From Geosiphon pyriformis uo1 (taxonomy: Eukaryota > Fungi > Glomeromycota), in assembly GCA_016748015.1 (NCBI GenBank), contig JAAOMT010000439.1, positions 1 through 64,000 of the forward strand: 64,000 bases of DNA. The letters are read 5' to 3'. Below, one piece after another: positions 1 to 16,392 of the stretch. The position numbers and the translations under genes were made by a program. The notes under the pieces were generated by a model. The model was not told where the DNA came from. It ran no database searches and worked only from the letters and a program-made list of their open reading frames with translations. Positions within the stretch are counted from its first letter, which is position 1. The number at the start of each line of letters is the position of its first letter.

Positions 1-1722
1 GTGGATATCCCATTTGTCCAAAATCTCGCCAAGTACATATATAGCAGCTGTCAGATTGGTTTCTTAGGTGTGTGTCAAACTTTAAGAATATGTTTTTTCA
101 CTCAGGAAATTGAAGGCAAATATCGGATATCGCTTAGCGCCCGAAAGATTTATGATGTGTCCGAATTACAATGCTACTGCTCAGATCGTTGTTTTTTAGC
201 TTCAAAGATGTTTGCCGCTCAATTGTCAGAAGAAGCTGTATATATGAGAGATTTTCAATCCTGGAAACCACTTGAAATTTTCTCATTAGATGAAGACTTT
301 AGGTAAATAAAGAAATATATAAGCACAAAAAATCTTTGATTTATATTAATCAATAGGCTACCGCAATTAAAGACAGGTGAGACCCAAATCGAAAAAAGCA
401 ATATCCTCTTTACGCTCCAAAACGCAGATGGACTATGTTAAATCCTTATTAGGAAGCCTCCCTCCTGGGCCACCAGAACTCGTTATAAAGGAAAAAACCA
501 AAGATGAAATTGGACTCCCAATGCTACCAACTTCTGGGCAGCAAAATACCCATGATTCAATCGAGGGCTTCCGAATAGAGTTTGTGAAAAAAAAATTAGT
601 TGATCCAATAAGCAAGCCCACAACCTTGATATTGTCAAGGGAAACAAGCTTAATCGACACATCTGACACATCTAAGTCAGAAGAATACGAATTAGCAATG
701 TCATTAGCTAATGCCATGTTTCGTAATGGCCGATTTCATTATGAAGATTCTGAAAATCATAAACAGCTAACAAAAAAAAATGAATTTGCAGATACTCTTG
801 TCACTCAAAATAATAACAATATCAACCAGATTGAAAAAGGTATCCAAGAAATTGAGTTCAAGACCACGATTTCTTCGACTGAAAAGGGAAAAGGCTCTGA
901 AAGTTCACGGTGCGGGTCAAATATGGCAGCTAAATCTTCTATAGATTTTTCCGATAATAATAGAGTCGAAGGGAGTCCTGAAAGCGGTCCATTGTCATTA
1001 AATATGTACACTAAATCAGCGAAACCTAAAAAAACAAGGCGAATTATACCAAAAATGTCAATGTTTGGCAAGATCTGGACGGCTTTAGATCGAATGACTA
1101 CTCAACAGACACGTCAATATATGTACATTCTGCGGTCGTGCCAGATTCAAGAGGTGAAAACAGTTTTAGCTAACCAAGCTGTAAAAAACGAAATTATGAA
1201 TATGAGAATCAATATTTTCAGTGAAAAGATAATAGAGAGGTTTATATACTTCATTTCTTCGAGTCGATTCTTGGATTAAATTCCATTTTCTAAAATAATT
1301 TCCCAAAAATTTCATCTTTCATAAATTTATGACAGTTACAATTTTCTTCGGCCACACTTGGGTATCCCAATAAGTATTGAGGATGAACTTCTTGGTCTAA
1401 TGCGTACCTTCACTCTTGAAAGTTCTTCAGTGATTCTTAATGATTTGGAAAATAATATCTTGTGCCTGGTATTTGTTTATGCGTAAGCATTCAGGGTCTT
1501 GGTATTGATTACTTTTAATTCTATTCTGTTAAACTAAGTTTCCAAAAAATTTCCCGCTATGATATTAGATTATCAATGGAGATTCCACGTCTTCGTATTC
1601 ATATCTTTCCTTCTGGATCCAAAAATGATGATCAAAGATTCAAAAATACAATTGAAAGTATGGGTTTAACAATCGAAGAGATGGATGCCTTTGTTCGCGT
1701 TCTACGTGTTGCATCGACCTGA
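1..1722 (+). CDS. RTR1: RNA polymerase II CTD phosphatase/assembly factor Rtr1/RPAP2 (5' truncated by window; exons ~1-32, 106-302, 357-1239, 1336-1482, 1570-1722)
   Basis: Spliced translation gives the Rtr1/RPAP2 zinc-finger motif (C)GYPIC...KYRISLSARKIYDVSEL.CYCSDRC, plus the C-terminal MSMFGKIWTALDRM segment; GT-AG introns; TGA at 1720-1722. Confidence 0.88.
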
Positions 1723-1975
1723 TTCAGCTATAGTGCTTCTTATCTACATCATTGAGGTGGATGTATCCTGCAAATTGGCATCAATAGCCTTTTGTTGTAC
1801 ATTTTAACATTTCTTGTTTGAATATTTAGGAAAAGAAAATATATATTATGATCACACAAATATGTAAAAGAATAATTATTAATAAACTTCTTAAAGGCCT
1901 GTGAAACTCCCTGCCTTAAATTTAAAAAGCTTTTTCACTTCCTAAAAGTATACATTATATAATTTTCTTAACATA

Positions 1976-3113
1976 ATGGCAACTGGGAATACTATTGAAA
2001 AGTGGATAACTACGAATGACGGCGTCTCACTTTACACAAAGACATGGAAGGTAAGTTTTCCATTTTTACTAGTCTCCTTTCAAAATAAACACACCTCAAT
2101 GTTCTGATGGGATGCTAGACGGCTTCCGAACCTCCTACTGCTACCGTAGTTTTTATCCATGGTTTTGGTGAGCACATTGACCGCTATAACCATGTATTTG
2201 AGATCTTTCAAAAGGCGAACATAGAAGTTTACGCATTCGATCAACGTGGCTTTGGAAGAACCGCGGCTCGGAATAAAAATCCGGGGGTAACTGGAGGTTG
2301 GAAGGTTGCGACAGAGGACATTACGACTGCCCTTCGCACAAATAGACAGCAAGGGATCCCGCAATTCTTGTTTGGTCACAGCATGGTAAAACACTTTGTT
2401 TTATATTAAATCAATATTCCTTTTGATGATATATATATACTGACACCGACTCAGGGTGGTGCACTGGTCATCAATTATGCAGCAGAAGGTGAAGAGAAAG
2501 ACAATCTCGCCGGATATATCGCGTCAGCACCACTACTTAAACAATCACCTAAAACAGCGGCTCGAGAACCAACTATATTTATTGGTAATATGTTAGGAAA
2601 ACTGTTGCCGAGTTTTCAATTCCGGGTTAATTTGGGAGCCAAACATCTCAGTCGCATTCCGGAAGAAGTAGAAAAATATGAAGCCGATCCTCTTGTTCAC
2701 TCGATAGGTTCCCTTAGGGGAGGTTAGTTTTTATTTAAATTTGAATTGATTTTAAATTTTGTTTAGACATTTTACTTTAATCCAACGGCAATATAGTTGG
2801 TGATATGCTTTCAGGATCAAAGGCCATCATGGGGGTAAAACACAAGAACATAACAAAACCAATTTTTATCACGCATGGGAACGCTGATAACATATGCTGT
2901 CACAAGACGACCCAAGAACTGATTGAAAAGATTCCTTCAGAAGATAAAATCTTTAGATCCTGGGAAGGGGGTTATCATGAATGTAAGTGGTGATAATTCA
3001 TTTTTCCCGTCTTCATTTCTGATATTCACAATTGCTTCCATCTAGTGCATAATGATTTGGAAAAAGAGAAGGTCATAAATGAGTATGTCGACTGGATTCT
3101 TGCTCGCGTTTAA
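1976..3113 (+). CDS. Monoglyceride lipase / lysophospholipase (alpha/beta hydrolase, Yju3-like), 5 exons
   Basis: HGFGEH, FDQRGFG, GHSM|GG nucleophile elbow across an intron, HGNAD, GGYHE|LH; ATG 1976, TAA 3111-3113. Confidence 0.92.
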
Positions 3114-3363
3114 AACGCCGACAACCTAAGGTTTTACTTTACCATTTGGTGTAAATTGTAAAATTGATTGTTTCAACATTCATTCTAGAACATCTCACAG
3201 CCTTATCTTAATGAAATGTCCCTTATTAATTCCTATTGTATTATCTAATATATTTAAAGCAAAAACGACTAATCTCAATAATTATAAAAAATTTCCATAC
3301 CAATTTTAATAAGTCATAAACCCTAAAATTCACTGATTGGTTGCATCTGTGCCGAATTCGATT

Positions 3364-5294
3364 TCAACCTTGACGTCTTTTCGCCTACATTTTGAAAGAA
3401 AAAAAAATTAGAAAAATTGCAAAACTCTTCATCTGCAATAAAATATTACAAACTTGATATAATCCGGTGTAGTAACCAGAAAAATACCAGGACATTAACA
3501 AGTTGGCTAGCGCATCATCGTCTGTATTTCAAAGCAAGATATTAGACAAAAAAATAATTTAACTAAAAAGGATAGGAAATATTATTGCAGAACCTGGTCC
3601 GAGCATGGGAGGAACCGCGGTTGGTGGCTTCACAATATTATGGAAATCAGTAGTTTGGATATTGTTAATTTTGGGAATTTTTAAAATGACTTCTGACCTT
3701 TCATACCCTTTGGGAGGAATTATAATAGGAATAATCATAATCCTAAAGTTGAGGAGTTTTTGATTGAGAGTTTCAATAGGGCGTGGACCATTAAAGAAAA
3801 CTTAAATAACATACACTTCGCGGTTGTGGTGCTGTATATGGATAATAATGATAGGGTGGGCCTGGTGGTGGATACAATCCATAAGAACTATTGGGACCAT
3901 ACCATGGCGGTACATGTTGGCTCGCAGAAGGCGGATGAGCATTATATCCAGATGCTTCGGCGCTATTGTATTCATTTCCTTCAGTTCGCACCGAAGTATA
4001 GTTAATGTTGTCGCCTTGCTGAGAATCGGCTTTCTCTCCCGGAACCGACGAACTTGGTTCACCTGTTTTATCCGATTCATCTTCAAACTTATTGCCACCA
4101 TGGGTAGGGGGTTGGTAGTAGGGTGAGTAATGTGTGTGCTGTTGATAAAATTCCCAATGTGGTTGCGTTGTATATCCATGCAGATGGGAAGGTAAGGGAT
4201 TTGAATTGAACTCGGATTCTACTGTTTTAAGACAAGATTTTTTCTGTCTTTTTAATATAGGAAAAACTTGTTAAAAATAAGATTTCTTCAAACAAATTGA
4301 GCAAACCTTTGGATGTTTCAACAGATTTTGTTTTCGTTGGGAGGGTCCCTTTATCATCCCGCTGTTCAACTGTAGAAGTGGCAGCGCCTTTAGGGGACCG
4401 AAAATTATAGAAACAGGAAAACACGGTTATGCAAGAATATACTTAAAAAGGGAAACTTCCGTGTTCAAAGTGCGCGTTTTATGATATAAACATACCTGAA
4501 GTTCTCTCTGTTTTATTTTGATCAATTTTCTCATTTTGTGGTTTTCTACAGGACCCAGATCATTAAAATTTAATGTTTTCCGCCAATAATTCTCAAAAAA
4601 TCCTCTTTGCACTCCGTTACCTCGGACCAGATCCATAAATTGGGGAACTCTTTATAGTTGAATTTGCTTCCTCAATATTTTTAACTGCCCTAATACTCTC
4701 ACCAGATTTCTTTTTCTTATTATCATTAGGTCGAAGACCAGTAATTTTCTTATTTTTATCATGATCATTATCATCATTGGAGCCACTAGTGGCTTTCTCA
4801 GTTGCTTTGATGCTATGATGTGCCTGTTTTTTCGTGAAAAAAATTATACAAACATTTTACTATAGGCAGCGTAAAGACCTAAAACAAACGTTATTTGCAA
4901 GGTTACCTGATACTCTTTCCACGCTTTGTCCCAGGCAGATATCAACGCACTATCATCCCACACGTCAACATTTTCTTCTTCCTCATGTTGTGGTACTTCC
5001 TCCTCCTCCAGGAATTCTTCTCCTTCATACTCTTCGGAATACTTTAACAAAAAGAAGGTTCAGAAAACTTTAACCTCAGCTCATCAAAGGGGAATGCAAA
5101 AACTCGCGTAAAGAAGTGAAGGCTTGTGAAAGGAAGAAAAAACGTGTTAAAGATGATTTATGACTACAAAGACTTCTCACCCTCTCTTCTTGAATCTCTT
5201 CCTCCAAATCTTGAGAAGAAATACTACTGGGAATACCACCTTTCTCTACATACTCTTCGAAAGATACTTTTTGGCTTTTTCCCCGATCCGCCAT
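3364..5294 (-). CDS. SMN1: Survival motor neuron (SMN) homolog, multi-exon
   Basis: Gemin2-binding motif DVWDDSALISAWDKA (~4900-4970); C-terminal YG box DDALANLLMSWYFSGYYTGLYQ (~3455-3520); Pro/Tyr/His-rich middle; last exon AKRRQG*. Confidence 0.9.
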
Positions 5295-5598
5295 AACTTA
5301 AAATCTACTAATAATTGGTCTTTTGACCAAATTATTTTTATTAGAGATTATCACATAATCTGTCATTGTTCCAGAAAACGCGATATCAGCCACATATAAT
5401 AGAGCAACAGCACCCATTCAAATGTTCGTTGATTAATTAAAAAAATAATCAGTGAATTATTAATCTAAAAGGGCGCGTTCAAAACCTAACTTGACACTTC
5501 GAACAATATTCAGTGGATCTCATGAATTATATATTTGGATGATTAATAAAAATTCGAAAGCCCAATACTTTAGCTAAACGTAGGAGTCGAAGATTTTT

Positions 5599-8910
<3,312 letters not shown>

Positions 8911-9605
8911 TGTTTATTTGGAAATACTTTATTTGACCGAAAAAATGATCAATTAGTTAACAATATCATTCCAAATTCTTTGAAACAGTTTCGGTTGATT
9001 TTATCAAAACTTATGACGAAAGGTTACCAATTTTAGAATAAAAGACCTTTATTAATTATTATGTTACATTTAAATGATAGTTTGAATTTTTACATTTCAC
9101 GGATAAGGGATAAAGGACGTTATACGATGCGTTTTTTTATTTATTTAAGCTAAATGGTCAAGTTTTGGAAAATTAGATTCCTTCATTTCTCGCAAGCTCG
9201 TGAATTAAATTATTTGTATGTAGGTGAACATTTATGAGCTACACAATTATTTTGTTTCAATAGAATATGGAGAAAAATTAGCGGATGCAAGCCCTTCAAA
9301 TATTTACGTTTAGAACACTGAGGCAAACCCATTTTTGCTTCTCATTCATCATTTTATCCCTGTACTAAAATTCAGTGCTTCGGAGATATTTAAAGAAAAA
9401 CTCGATCGAATTATTTTATAGACTCACATAAAGGAAGATTTCAAAACTTGAGAAAATTTTTTTGAGATCGCTTCTGATCAATGGCTCACGTGTAATAAAT
9501 TGTAGAATTAGAACGTGGTATTATACCAAAAGTAACCTGAACATCATAATATTATCACTTCCCTTCTTGATTTTCCCACATACGGACATATTATTTACTT
9601 TTACC

Positions 9606-10335
9606 ATGCCTTATGAAAATTTACCTTATGCTGCTGAAGCAGAGGCTCCTCTATCAACTGAAGAATTGAACGTCAGTTTCTTTCGTATTGCTTCGGCAAA
9701 GTTGATAAATTATATAGAAGAGCCACAAAAATTAACGTGCTTTTTAATTTTCCTTTAAAATGCTTTCAAGGTTCTCCGTCGTCAGCATGATCGTGAAGCA
9801 CCAGAGGTAACAACTCAGACAAAATTCAATTTTGCTTGGGGTTTGATCCGTAGCCGAAGAAAGACAGACCACCAACTAGGAGTTGGGCTCTTAACGGGTG
9901 AGAAATGAAAGTAGAATTTTGACTGCTACAAAACCGGTTAATTTTCAAATCTTGTACTCTTGTTGGGAAAATTTTAAATCTACAACAGAAATCTACAAAG
10001 AAACTCCAGATCGCCGTCGTGAATGCTTATATTATCTTGCTCTCGGCTATTATAAATTAAGCGAGTATAGTAAAGCGAGGGAATATAATTCTCAATTGTT
10101 GGCACATGAACCCAATAACTTGCAAGCCCTGAGCCTAAAACAACTTATAGAGGATGGAGTAAGCAGCGGTAAATATCCGGGATTTACGTCCTCATTCGAT
10201 TGCTTGATTAATAACTGACTCAAATAGTGCTTTTTTTTCTATTCAGAAGGGAAAACTGGTTTCTTAATTGTAGGTGGGGTGGTTGCATTAGGTGCTATAC
10301 TATATACAACCTATGTATCTGCTAAAAAAAGGTAA
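9606..10335 (+). CDS. FIS1: Mitochondrial fission protein Fis1, 4 exons
   Basis: LPYAAEAEAPLSTEELNVLRRQ, TKFNFAWGLIRS, RRRECLYYLALGYYK, EPNNLQA; C-terminal TM helix and basic tail. Confidence 0.95.
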
Positions 10336-10595
10336 GCGACAGTTAGTTCAGGTTTTTCATTACTTTATTTTTGTTTTTATTAAGAGTTCTAATTAAATTG
10401 AACCCAATTATATCAGTGGTTAGAAATTGAAATTTATAAGCCATTTATAAGGCGAAGCCGAATCACTTATCTTTTACCTAAAAGTGAAGGAAAACAATTT
10501 GAAGAAATTTCATGTCTCTGGATTTTTAATTTATGCGCAGTAGACAATAATTACCTTGAATTTGTCATTCCCTCAATAATTTATAATCTACCTGG

Positions 10596-12018
10596 TCAAA
10601 ACCTACTCTGCCGATAATTCCACCACATACGAAATGGAAGTTTCCATTCTCTTCTAGCCAATTTAGGTTCAAAAACATTGAAATTGTGTGTTTCCAAAGA
10701 TTTAAGATATAGTTCGGAGGAGGTCTTGTAATACATTAGTAGTTAGCCCTGATAAAATGAAAAAAATCAAAATTTAAGCTAAAAATCTGATCCATGTAAT
10801 ACCACAGATAAAAGAGCAGGCATAGCTTGTTTGGGAACTTCTGATAAAAAAGTTCTCGCAGTCAATAAATGATCGTGTGCAATGGTTGCCAGTTCAAATA
10901 CGGCATCTTCAAGACGCGCAACAGGGCCTGAACGGAAAATCTCTTCCTGGGAAATCTTATGCTAGATAAATAGACCAAAATGCAGATAGCAGACCATTTT
11001 TTAAGGAAGGCACATTTGATAAGTTACTTCTGTAATTCTTCACCTTTGCTAAAATATCTGCGGGTAACAGCATTCTCCTTTTACTAACAAGATATGGAAA
11101 AGCTCGTAATGTTGTTACGATTCCAATAGCCTTTCCAATGTGACTAGCTGCATGATCTGCCTGGATGGTTTTGACGCTTAGTGACTCCAAATGTAAATAG
11201 AGCAGGCAAGAAACAGTATTTTCAGTATAGGTTTCAAGGTCATGGACTGACATAAATGGAGGATCATCTAAATTCGCCGCCTGAAAGCATTACAAAGAAT
11301 TTTCAATGGGATTTTTTGCCAGCAATATAAAAGAAAATTATGTAAATCACCTTACACGTTCATCAATTATTCTTTTGAAAAACAATGGTGACAGTTTGCA
11401 CTGGCTCAATGAAAAAAACAAAACTTGAGCAATTGGTTGTCGTGGGGGTTGACCCTTTGAAATTAAATGTGGAATGAAACCTAATAATATTTTTAATGAA
11501 CAAATTAATTCTTTAAATAACATTACCTTAAACACATTGTCAATTGCGTCTCGCCAAAATTGCATTCGCATTTTGCCAATGATTGGGTTACTCACAGTAT
11601 CGCGTACCATCGCGAGTTCAAGGTTGAAGGCTCTTATGCCCAAGTGCACATGACGGAGGTGTCTTGGATAAAGAGCTGAACAAAGGTAATTATCGTAATC
11701 ATGCTTTCTAGTTAAGTCATGTAAATAAGTAAATTAGAAATTCAAAAGGAAGATTGGTGGATGTACGAGTTGAAACTATAAAACACTTACCATTGACCTT
11801 AAACAAAGGTTTTTATAGTTCTAAGAAATTGAAATATTTTACCTTACAAGATCTTGGCAATATTTTATTGCAGAATCGATATTCTCGAGATTTTCATTTG
11901 ATAAGCTTTGTGAAGTATTCTTAACAGTATTACTACTCAGTCTAGTGATTATCTTAAGCCCAAAAAAAAATTGTGGAAAAGATACTCGACTGGAAAACAA
12001 GTGAAAGCATCGAGTCAT
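10596..12018 (-). CDS. NDUFAF6: Complex I assembly factor NDUFAF6 (squalene/phytoene synthase fold)
   Basis: [46 protein letters not shown]; N-terminal mitochondrial-targeting-like peptide. Confidence 0.92.
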
Positions 12019-12204
12019 TCTATAAGAATAATAAAAAAGATTAAGCGGGAAAAGTTGTACAAATGAATTATTGAAATTTTCAATGGTGGAATGATCTACA
12101 ATGTATTTATCAAAATTTCATGTTATGCATGCAACATAATATAAATAATACATTTTGTTACTGTTTGAAAGTTCAAGCTTTATTGCAAGAACTTGTTTTT
12201 CGAA

Positions 12205-13313
12205 ATGGTGATCATTCGAAGAGTTTCTCTTATTATCTTTCCGTTTAAAATTCGTTAAAAAATTATTGTTCTGCGTTCTTGGGAGTTTTAAAAATATTGT
12301 TGACACATTTTTTTAATATCCTTTTCTAGATTTTATACGTATTAATCTTTAGTCGACATGGAAAGATGCGCTTAAAGAAGTGGTATCAGTTCTTCTCTGA
12401 TAGAGAGAAAATTGGCATCACAAAGGAACTAACAACCTCAATATTAAGTCGTAAAAGATCAATGTGTAATATATTAGAATATGGAGAACATAAGGTATTG
12501 GAATTCTAGATTCTGATTGCTTTCAAACTATCATGATTATTGGATCAATTCAATTTAAAATAATTTAATTCTGAAAGGTTATTTATAAAAAGTAAGTGCT
12601 ATACTCTAGGTTCTTGGTCAATTTTTATTTTTTGTTCAGAGTGATACCGTACCTTATTAAATCTCTTTTTAGATATGCTAGTCTTTATTTTGCTGCTGGA
12701 GTAGATTGGAATGAAAATGAGTTATATGTGTTAGAAGTCATCCATCGATATGTTCAAGTATTAGATGAGTATTTTGGGAATGTATGTGAATTGGATATTA
12801 TTTATAATTTTGATAAGGTGAGGTTGTGTTTATGAAATATTTTTTATTGGAGAAATTAGGTAAAAGGTCAGTGGGTATGAAACAATTTTATGGGATTATA
12901 TTATTTAAATTTTGAGTTATTATTTTTATTTGAATGACAGGCTTATGAAGTTTTAGATGAGCTAATAATTGGTGAGTAAGTCAATTTTAATAAGTTGGTA
13001 AATCATATGATTTTGATATCACACCAATTTCTGATTCTGAAATTTTTTTTTCTATATTCTTTTGCTGAAATCAAAAATTAATTTCAAAAGGTGGTGAAAT
13101 GCAAGAACCTAACAGGAAAGCTATTGGTCGTATGTATTATTTGAGATTCGATTGAGAAATTTGGTTACGTTCACATCTATTTGCTAATTTATAATCTACT
13201 TATGAAATATTTCATAATTTATAATTTGAAAAGGACATATCAAGGGATTTGAAAGAATGTGCGAATTAGAAATTATAAATTCAAACCTCCAGAAAACTGG
13301 GATTTCTTCGTAA
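12205..13313 (+). CDS. APS1: Clathrin adaptor small (sigma) subunit, AP-1 sigma-like; includes ATG-only first exon and a 14-nt microexon
   Basis: [73 protein letters not shown]; start inferred from ATG|gt at 12205. Confidence 0.82.
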
Positions 13314-14121
13314 TGCCTAAGTAGATGATTTTTCGGTATCTTTAATTCTTACATCGAACTTTAAAAATATGAGAGACTTTAATGTAAATAATATTTTTTT
13401 TATCATGGAAACATCTGAAATAGAGAAACAATCAGTAAAATCACAAAATCAATCTGTCATCTCAGAATTAAGATAATCATAATAATTTAAAATTAAAATA
13501 ACTGATTCTGATGCTAATTGGATCAAATTTTTATTACTTCAATCAACTAACGTGATTTATCTGTTAATGTTCATTTTCAGCTGCTTTTTTCATTACTTGC
13601 AGTGATTGTTTTTCCGTTATCAAACATTTAAAAAACATGAGAAGTGATCTTATTTTGAAGCTTGACTTTTAATTAATAAGATAAGAGTTTGTTCAAAATT
13701 CGCGGTTTCAAAACTCAAAACTTTTTTTATTTCTTATCAGTGCTTTAATGTGACAAAAAAACATATATATATTTTTCACAAATTGATGATTTGATTAAAA
13801 GTTTCAACTTTTTAAATAAAATTAAGATTCTAATCTTTTTTATTTGGTCTTTTTTAATTAATCATCAAATGTATAAATTGTTAAAATTTTGCCTTAAAAA
13901 CATGTGATAACAAATTTCAAAACTAAAAATAAATCATTATGTATAAAATATGTTAGCATTTATTATAATATAATTTAAAAAATAAATTTATTTTAAAATT
14001 TTTTTACATAATACAAGTATTAAAACAAATATAAAAATATTTTTGATTTTGATTTTTTAATTATAATTTGTGTAATTTATTTGAATTTTTTTATATTTTA
14101 ATTATTTATTATAATTTAATT

Positions 14122-16379
14122 TTTTTTATTTTTTTATTTTAATGAGCGAGACCCAAAAACTACCTAAAACTATGATACCACAGAAGGGATTACATTATAG
14201 GCATAAATCATGCATTTTCTACACGTGATCAGACACTCGGCCCAATCAAGAACTCACTATGCTGAATCAATAGTAGGTGAGAATAACCCCAATCCACGAA
14301 TTCTCTCAATGATATCATTCAGATTCTTAGAGTCAAAAATAAACTCACTAAGAAACAATCTAGTAAATTCAATATTGCTTCTGGTTTCAGCACCAGACAT
14401 TCGCCACAAAGCAATAACATGTTCAATAGTGTTCTCACTTAAAATGGAAGGCTTAGCAGCCAGCATACTATCATAATTCATATCACCAAAGTCAACTTCA
14501 GATCTAAGACAAGCAATGTCCTTGGAGACCCCAACCAAGAGATTAGAAAAATTGTTAGCAGCACTCTTCATAGAAATAAGATCTTTCTCGACCTGAACAG
14601 CTTTAGCAGCATTATCATCAAGAAGATGAGACACCAAAGCAACCAAAGAACCAACAGGCTCAACAATAGACTTAACCAAAGCAGCCAAATCCGAAATCTG
14701 CTTTTCCAAAAAGTCCAACCTGAAACTAACAGCAAAATCAGCAGCAGGAGCAGCCGAAGAAGCCACTAAAGGAGGAAACTTAGAAAGACCAAAAGGAGCA
14801 GCAGTCTTGGCATATGAAGTAGAATCCACAAAACAAGACTTGAAAACTTTGAGAATCTTGGGAGTAGAAGGTGGGGAAATCTTGCAATCCACGGCCAGAT
14901 GGCTCATTTCTTGACACCTAAAGCAATGCCGGCAGCCAGGAGTTTCCCACCAGATATGGCATTTCCTTAGAGCACCAGTCTTGAGAGTCAAATGTAACCA
15001 AAGCAAACCAGGAATGACGACCAGAATCAGGAGAATGAGGAATAAAACACGTTCGACCACCAATCTGAAAAATCATATCACTGATTTTAAAGGCAGTACA
15101 GCCAGGGGGAAGGTTGACCAATTTGGTCTTAAACTTATCACAAGACAAAATAGTCTCATTTTGATTCACCAAAGAGAGGATTCTAACACTATCCTTGTTC
15201 ACCAAAACTGACCAATGCTTCAAGGCAGACACTGCAGAGTCCAACTTTTCAAAATATACCACCACATACTGCCAAATGCCAGCAGGCTTTAACACAACAT
15301 GAGTGATACTACCAAACACACTGAGAACCAACTTAACATTAGCAGCAGACACACTCAAAGGTACATTATGCAGCGCAACAGCAAGAAAGGAGCCAGATTC
15401 AGAAACCACCAAAGACTTGGCAATTTTGAGAGTGGCCAAATGAACAAAGCTTGTAAGCTCAACCAGAAATGCAGCTTCCAAAAACAGTTGAGAAGCAAAC
15501 TCCATACAGAAAAGCTTTATATTGTTTTTTGAAACAGATTTAGCATCCAAAAAACCATGTACAGACTGAAAAACAGCCTTAACATGAGCCAATTTGATCT
15601 TAAAAGTAGCACTAAGCACCAGAGTGGAGGCCACCCACCCAGCAAATCTTTAATGACTAGTAATAGTTTCCCAAGCACCACCAAAAGTAGTACCAGAAAC
15701 TAGAAGAGAAGATGATTCAGTTTCCATTTGATTAGTCCAGTTTTCAAGAACAGATGACTCAACAGGAGGAGATTGTTTTGTTTCTAAAACCAGCAAAGAT
15801 CTGCTGAAAGACACCACATTTGGCAACACAGCCAGTGGTTGATCTTGGCCTATCTTGGATGATGTGCCAGATGATGCTACAGAAATCTCATCTAAGATCT
15901 CATTGGGAACCACAAAGGGGTTTGGTGTAACAATAGCAGAGGCAAGTGACTGCCCCCACTTTTCTGAACTTCTGGTCTTTTTGACCATTTTTTTTGAAAA
16001 GATAGTACTAGAAGCACCAGATGTTAAATCTATAAAAGAGAAAACCAGCTTATTTACTAGTCTATTATTAAAAACTTTTGGGCTCTTAGTTGAGGTGGAG
16101 ACAACACTGGGACTAATCCAGATGTGTCTCTTTGAAGGGATTTTGACTGGTGAGAAACCAGCCAAAAATGAGAAAGTTGTTTCAGTAGTTACCAAAGACA
16201 GCTTATCACAATTACTGGGTAAGAAGAAGGCTTTTAAAATGTTTTGCCTAGTTGCTTCTACAACAGAGAGAGCTCCTCTGATTGAAATTTTATTAGATAT
16301 CTCAGGACAGATATCAGGTACAGCTTTTTTACTCTTTGCTCTGGTCATGGTCATAAAATTAAGAAGACAAAAAGTTTTT
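14122..16379 (-). mobile_element. Non-autonomous ORF1-only (HAL1-like) non-LTR retroelement
   Basis: Flanked by 13-bp direct repeat TTATAATTTAATT (14109-14121, 16380-16392); A-rich 3' tail; single ORF1-like frame; 3' UTR homologous to that of the LINE at 31303-38144; no endonuclease or RT. Confidence 0.82.
14257..16354 (-). pseudogene. LINE ORF1-like protein (~700 aa: low-complexity N-terminus, RRM-like repeats, CCHC knuckle, coiled coil), disrupted
   Basis: ORFs 15650-16354 and 14918-15634 are in frame, separated by a TAA; frameshift near 15000 into 14257-15063; knuckle CFRCQEMSHLAVDC. Confidence 0.8.
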
Positions 16380-16392
16380 TTATAATTTAATT

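Noticed and set aside
14199-14240. SECIS or hammerhead ribozyme in the 3' UTR hairpin
   Set aside because: Helix too short for SECIS, the UGA/GA quartet is not kept in the LINE copy, and there is no CUGANGA/GAAA core
15855-16385. Plus-strand 176-aa ORF and other antisense ORFs over TEs and genes
   Set aside because: Shadow frames of real ORFs with no recognisable motifs
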